DNA from: Amphiscolops sp. MND2022
Lineage: Eukaryota
Assembly: GCA_964187785.1 (NCBI GenBank)
Contig: OZ076413.1
Location: 46,130,001 to 46,194,000, forward strand
Length of the DNA: 64,000 bases
Reading direction: 5' to 3'
The translations under genes and the position numbers were made by a program. Of the stretch, positions 63,287-64,000 are shown in pieces. Every line of letters begins with the position of its first letter. Position 1 is the first letter of the stretch. Under the pieces are notes generated by a model. The model saw only the letters and a program-made list of their open reading frames with translations, did not search any database and was not told the origin of the DNA.

Positions 63287-63699
63287 AAAGACGGCGTTGG
63301 CTGTATGTGGCCGGTGGCAAGTGTAGTAGCCTATAGTGAGCAAAATAACGTGCGCATACTTTTTGTTGAAAGTTTTTGGAAAAAATCAATTGATTCACTG
63401 TTTGTATAAAAACTCTGGCATTTTGTTCACGTTGTTTCCTAAGTGATGCAAACCACTTCGTAAGTTTTATACACTGAATGTAGTAGGGTGGAGGTGTTTT
63501 GATTACATTTCCACCAGTTGGGGGCGGGTTGTTAGGTACCCTTCAGGGCAAGCTTGAGCCAGAAAATTTTATCGAGCCGTTTTGAACAGAGTCTTCTTGA
63601 AATTACTTCGGGAACCCTTGAAGTTATAATCTATTAATCCCATAAATCAATCCCTACGAAAGGAATAAAGTTCAAGAAGTACCACTGATCGAATTTCAA

Positions 63700-63999
63700 T
63701 TAACGTGAAATTGTTTGCGTACCCCTGTTCGCACTCCAAGCCGAAGTCTTCCTCCCTACATTGTCTCCCCTCTCGCCTGTCCTGTTGACAGGTGCCGACT
63801 TCACCCTCCTACATGTGGGGTGGTTCCCAGCCACGGGTGCAGACTTTGGTCTCTCCTGATTGGTGGACGAGCGTAAGTGGCTGTTGGCCGACTTGATTCT
63901 CTTGTACATGGTGGGGGTCGTGCTCATTCTATTGAAGTCAGAGGCCGTGATCACACTCTCGACTCTCTCGATCTGGGACCCGTTCAGAAACGAGTGGGT
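63700..63999 (-). CDS. Possible terminal coding exon of a gene starting beyond the window
   Basis: Frame open to the window edge; higher GC; repeated KSA(P) basic motifs. Confidence 0.3.
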   Translation of the reverse strand, partial: THSFLNGSQIERVESVITASDFNRMSTTPTMYKRIKSANSHLRSSTNQERPKSAPVAGNHPTCRRVKSAPVNRTGERGDNVGRKTSAWSANRGTQTISR

Positions 64000-64000
64000 G

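Overview
Repeat-dense, AT-rich eukaryotic (probably animal) DNA with no confidently identifiable host gene. Most of the window is four large, related Ty3/Gypsy LTR retrotransposons from three families. A (minus, ~1-8634) runs off the window. B (minus, 12064-20670) has a GTAAC TSD and near-identical 1638-bp LTRs but has lost pol at an inverted duplication and assembly gap. C (plus, 25484-41304) and D (minus, 43792-62239, CCAAC TSD) belong to one family. Their shared architecture is unusual. (i) gag starts ~100-190 codons inside the LTR and reads through the PBS, so TGGTGACAGGAG encodes MVTG. (ii) pol is reached by a -1 slippery heptamer directly at the gag stop. (iii) In C and D an antisense six-exon gene of ~1070 aa lies between pol and the 3' LTR; it has a C2H2/BED-like zinc finger and what looks like a catalytically dead hAT-transposase body. 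(iv) A divergently oriented sense ORF-X with a CxxCG C-terminal domain ends inside U3. (v) Family-specific short-motif arrays occur in the LTR, an intron and the internal promoter. Together these suggest a complex retrotransposon with its own DNA-binding/regulatory module; this function is inferred and untested. Also present: a Helentron-type (HINE) concatemer inside the 5' LTR of D, a solo HINE, a CACTA-like MITE, a 1.3-kb tandem duplication, degenerate LTR relics and two short unassigned ORFs at the right end.
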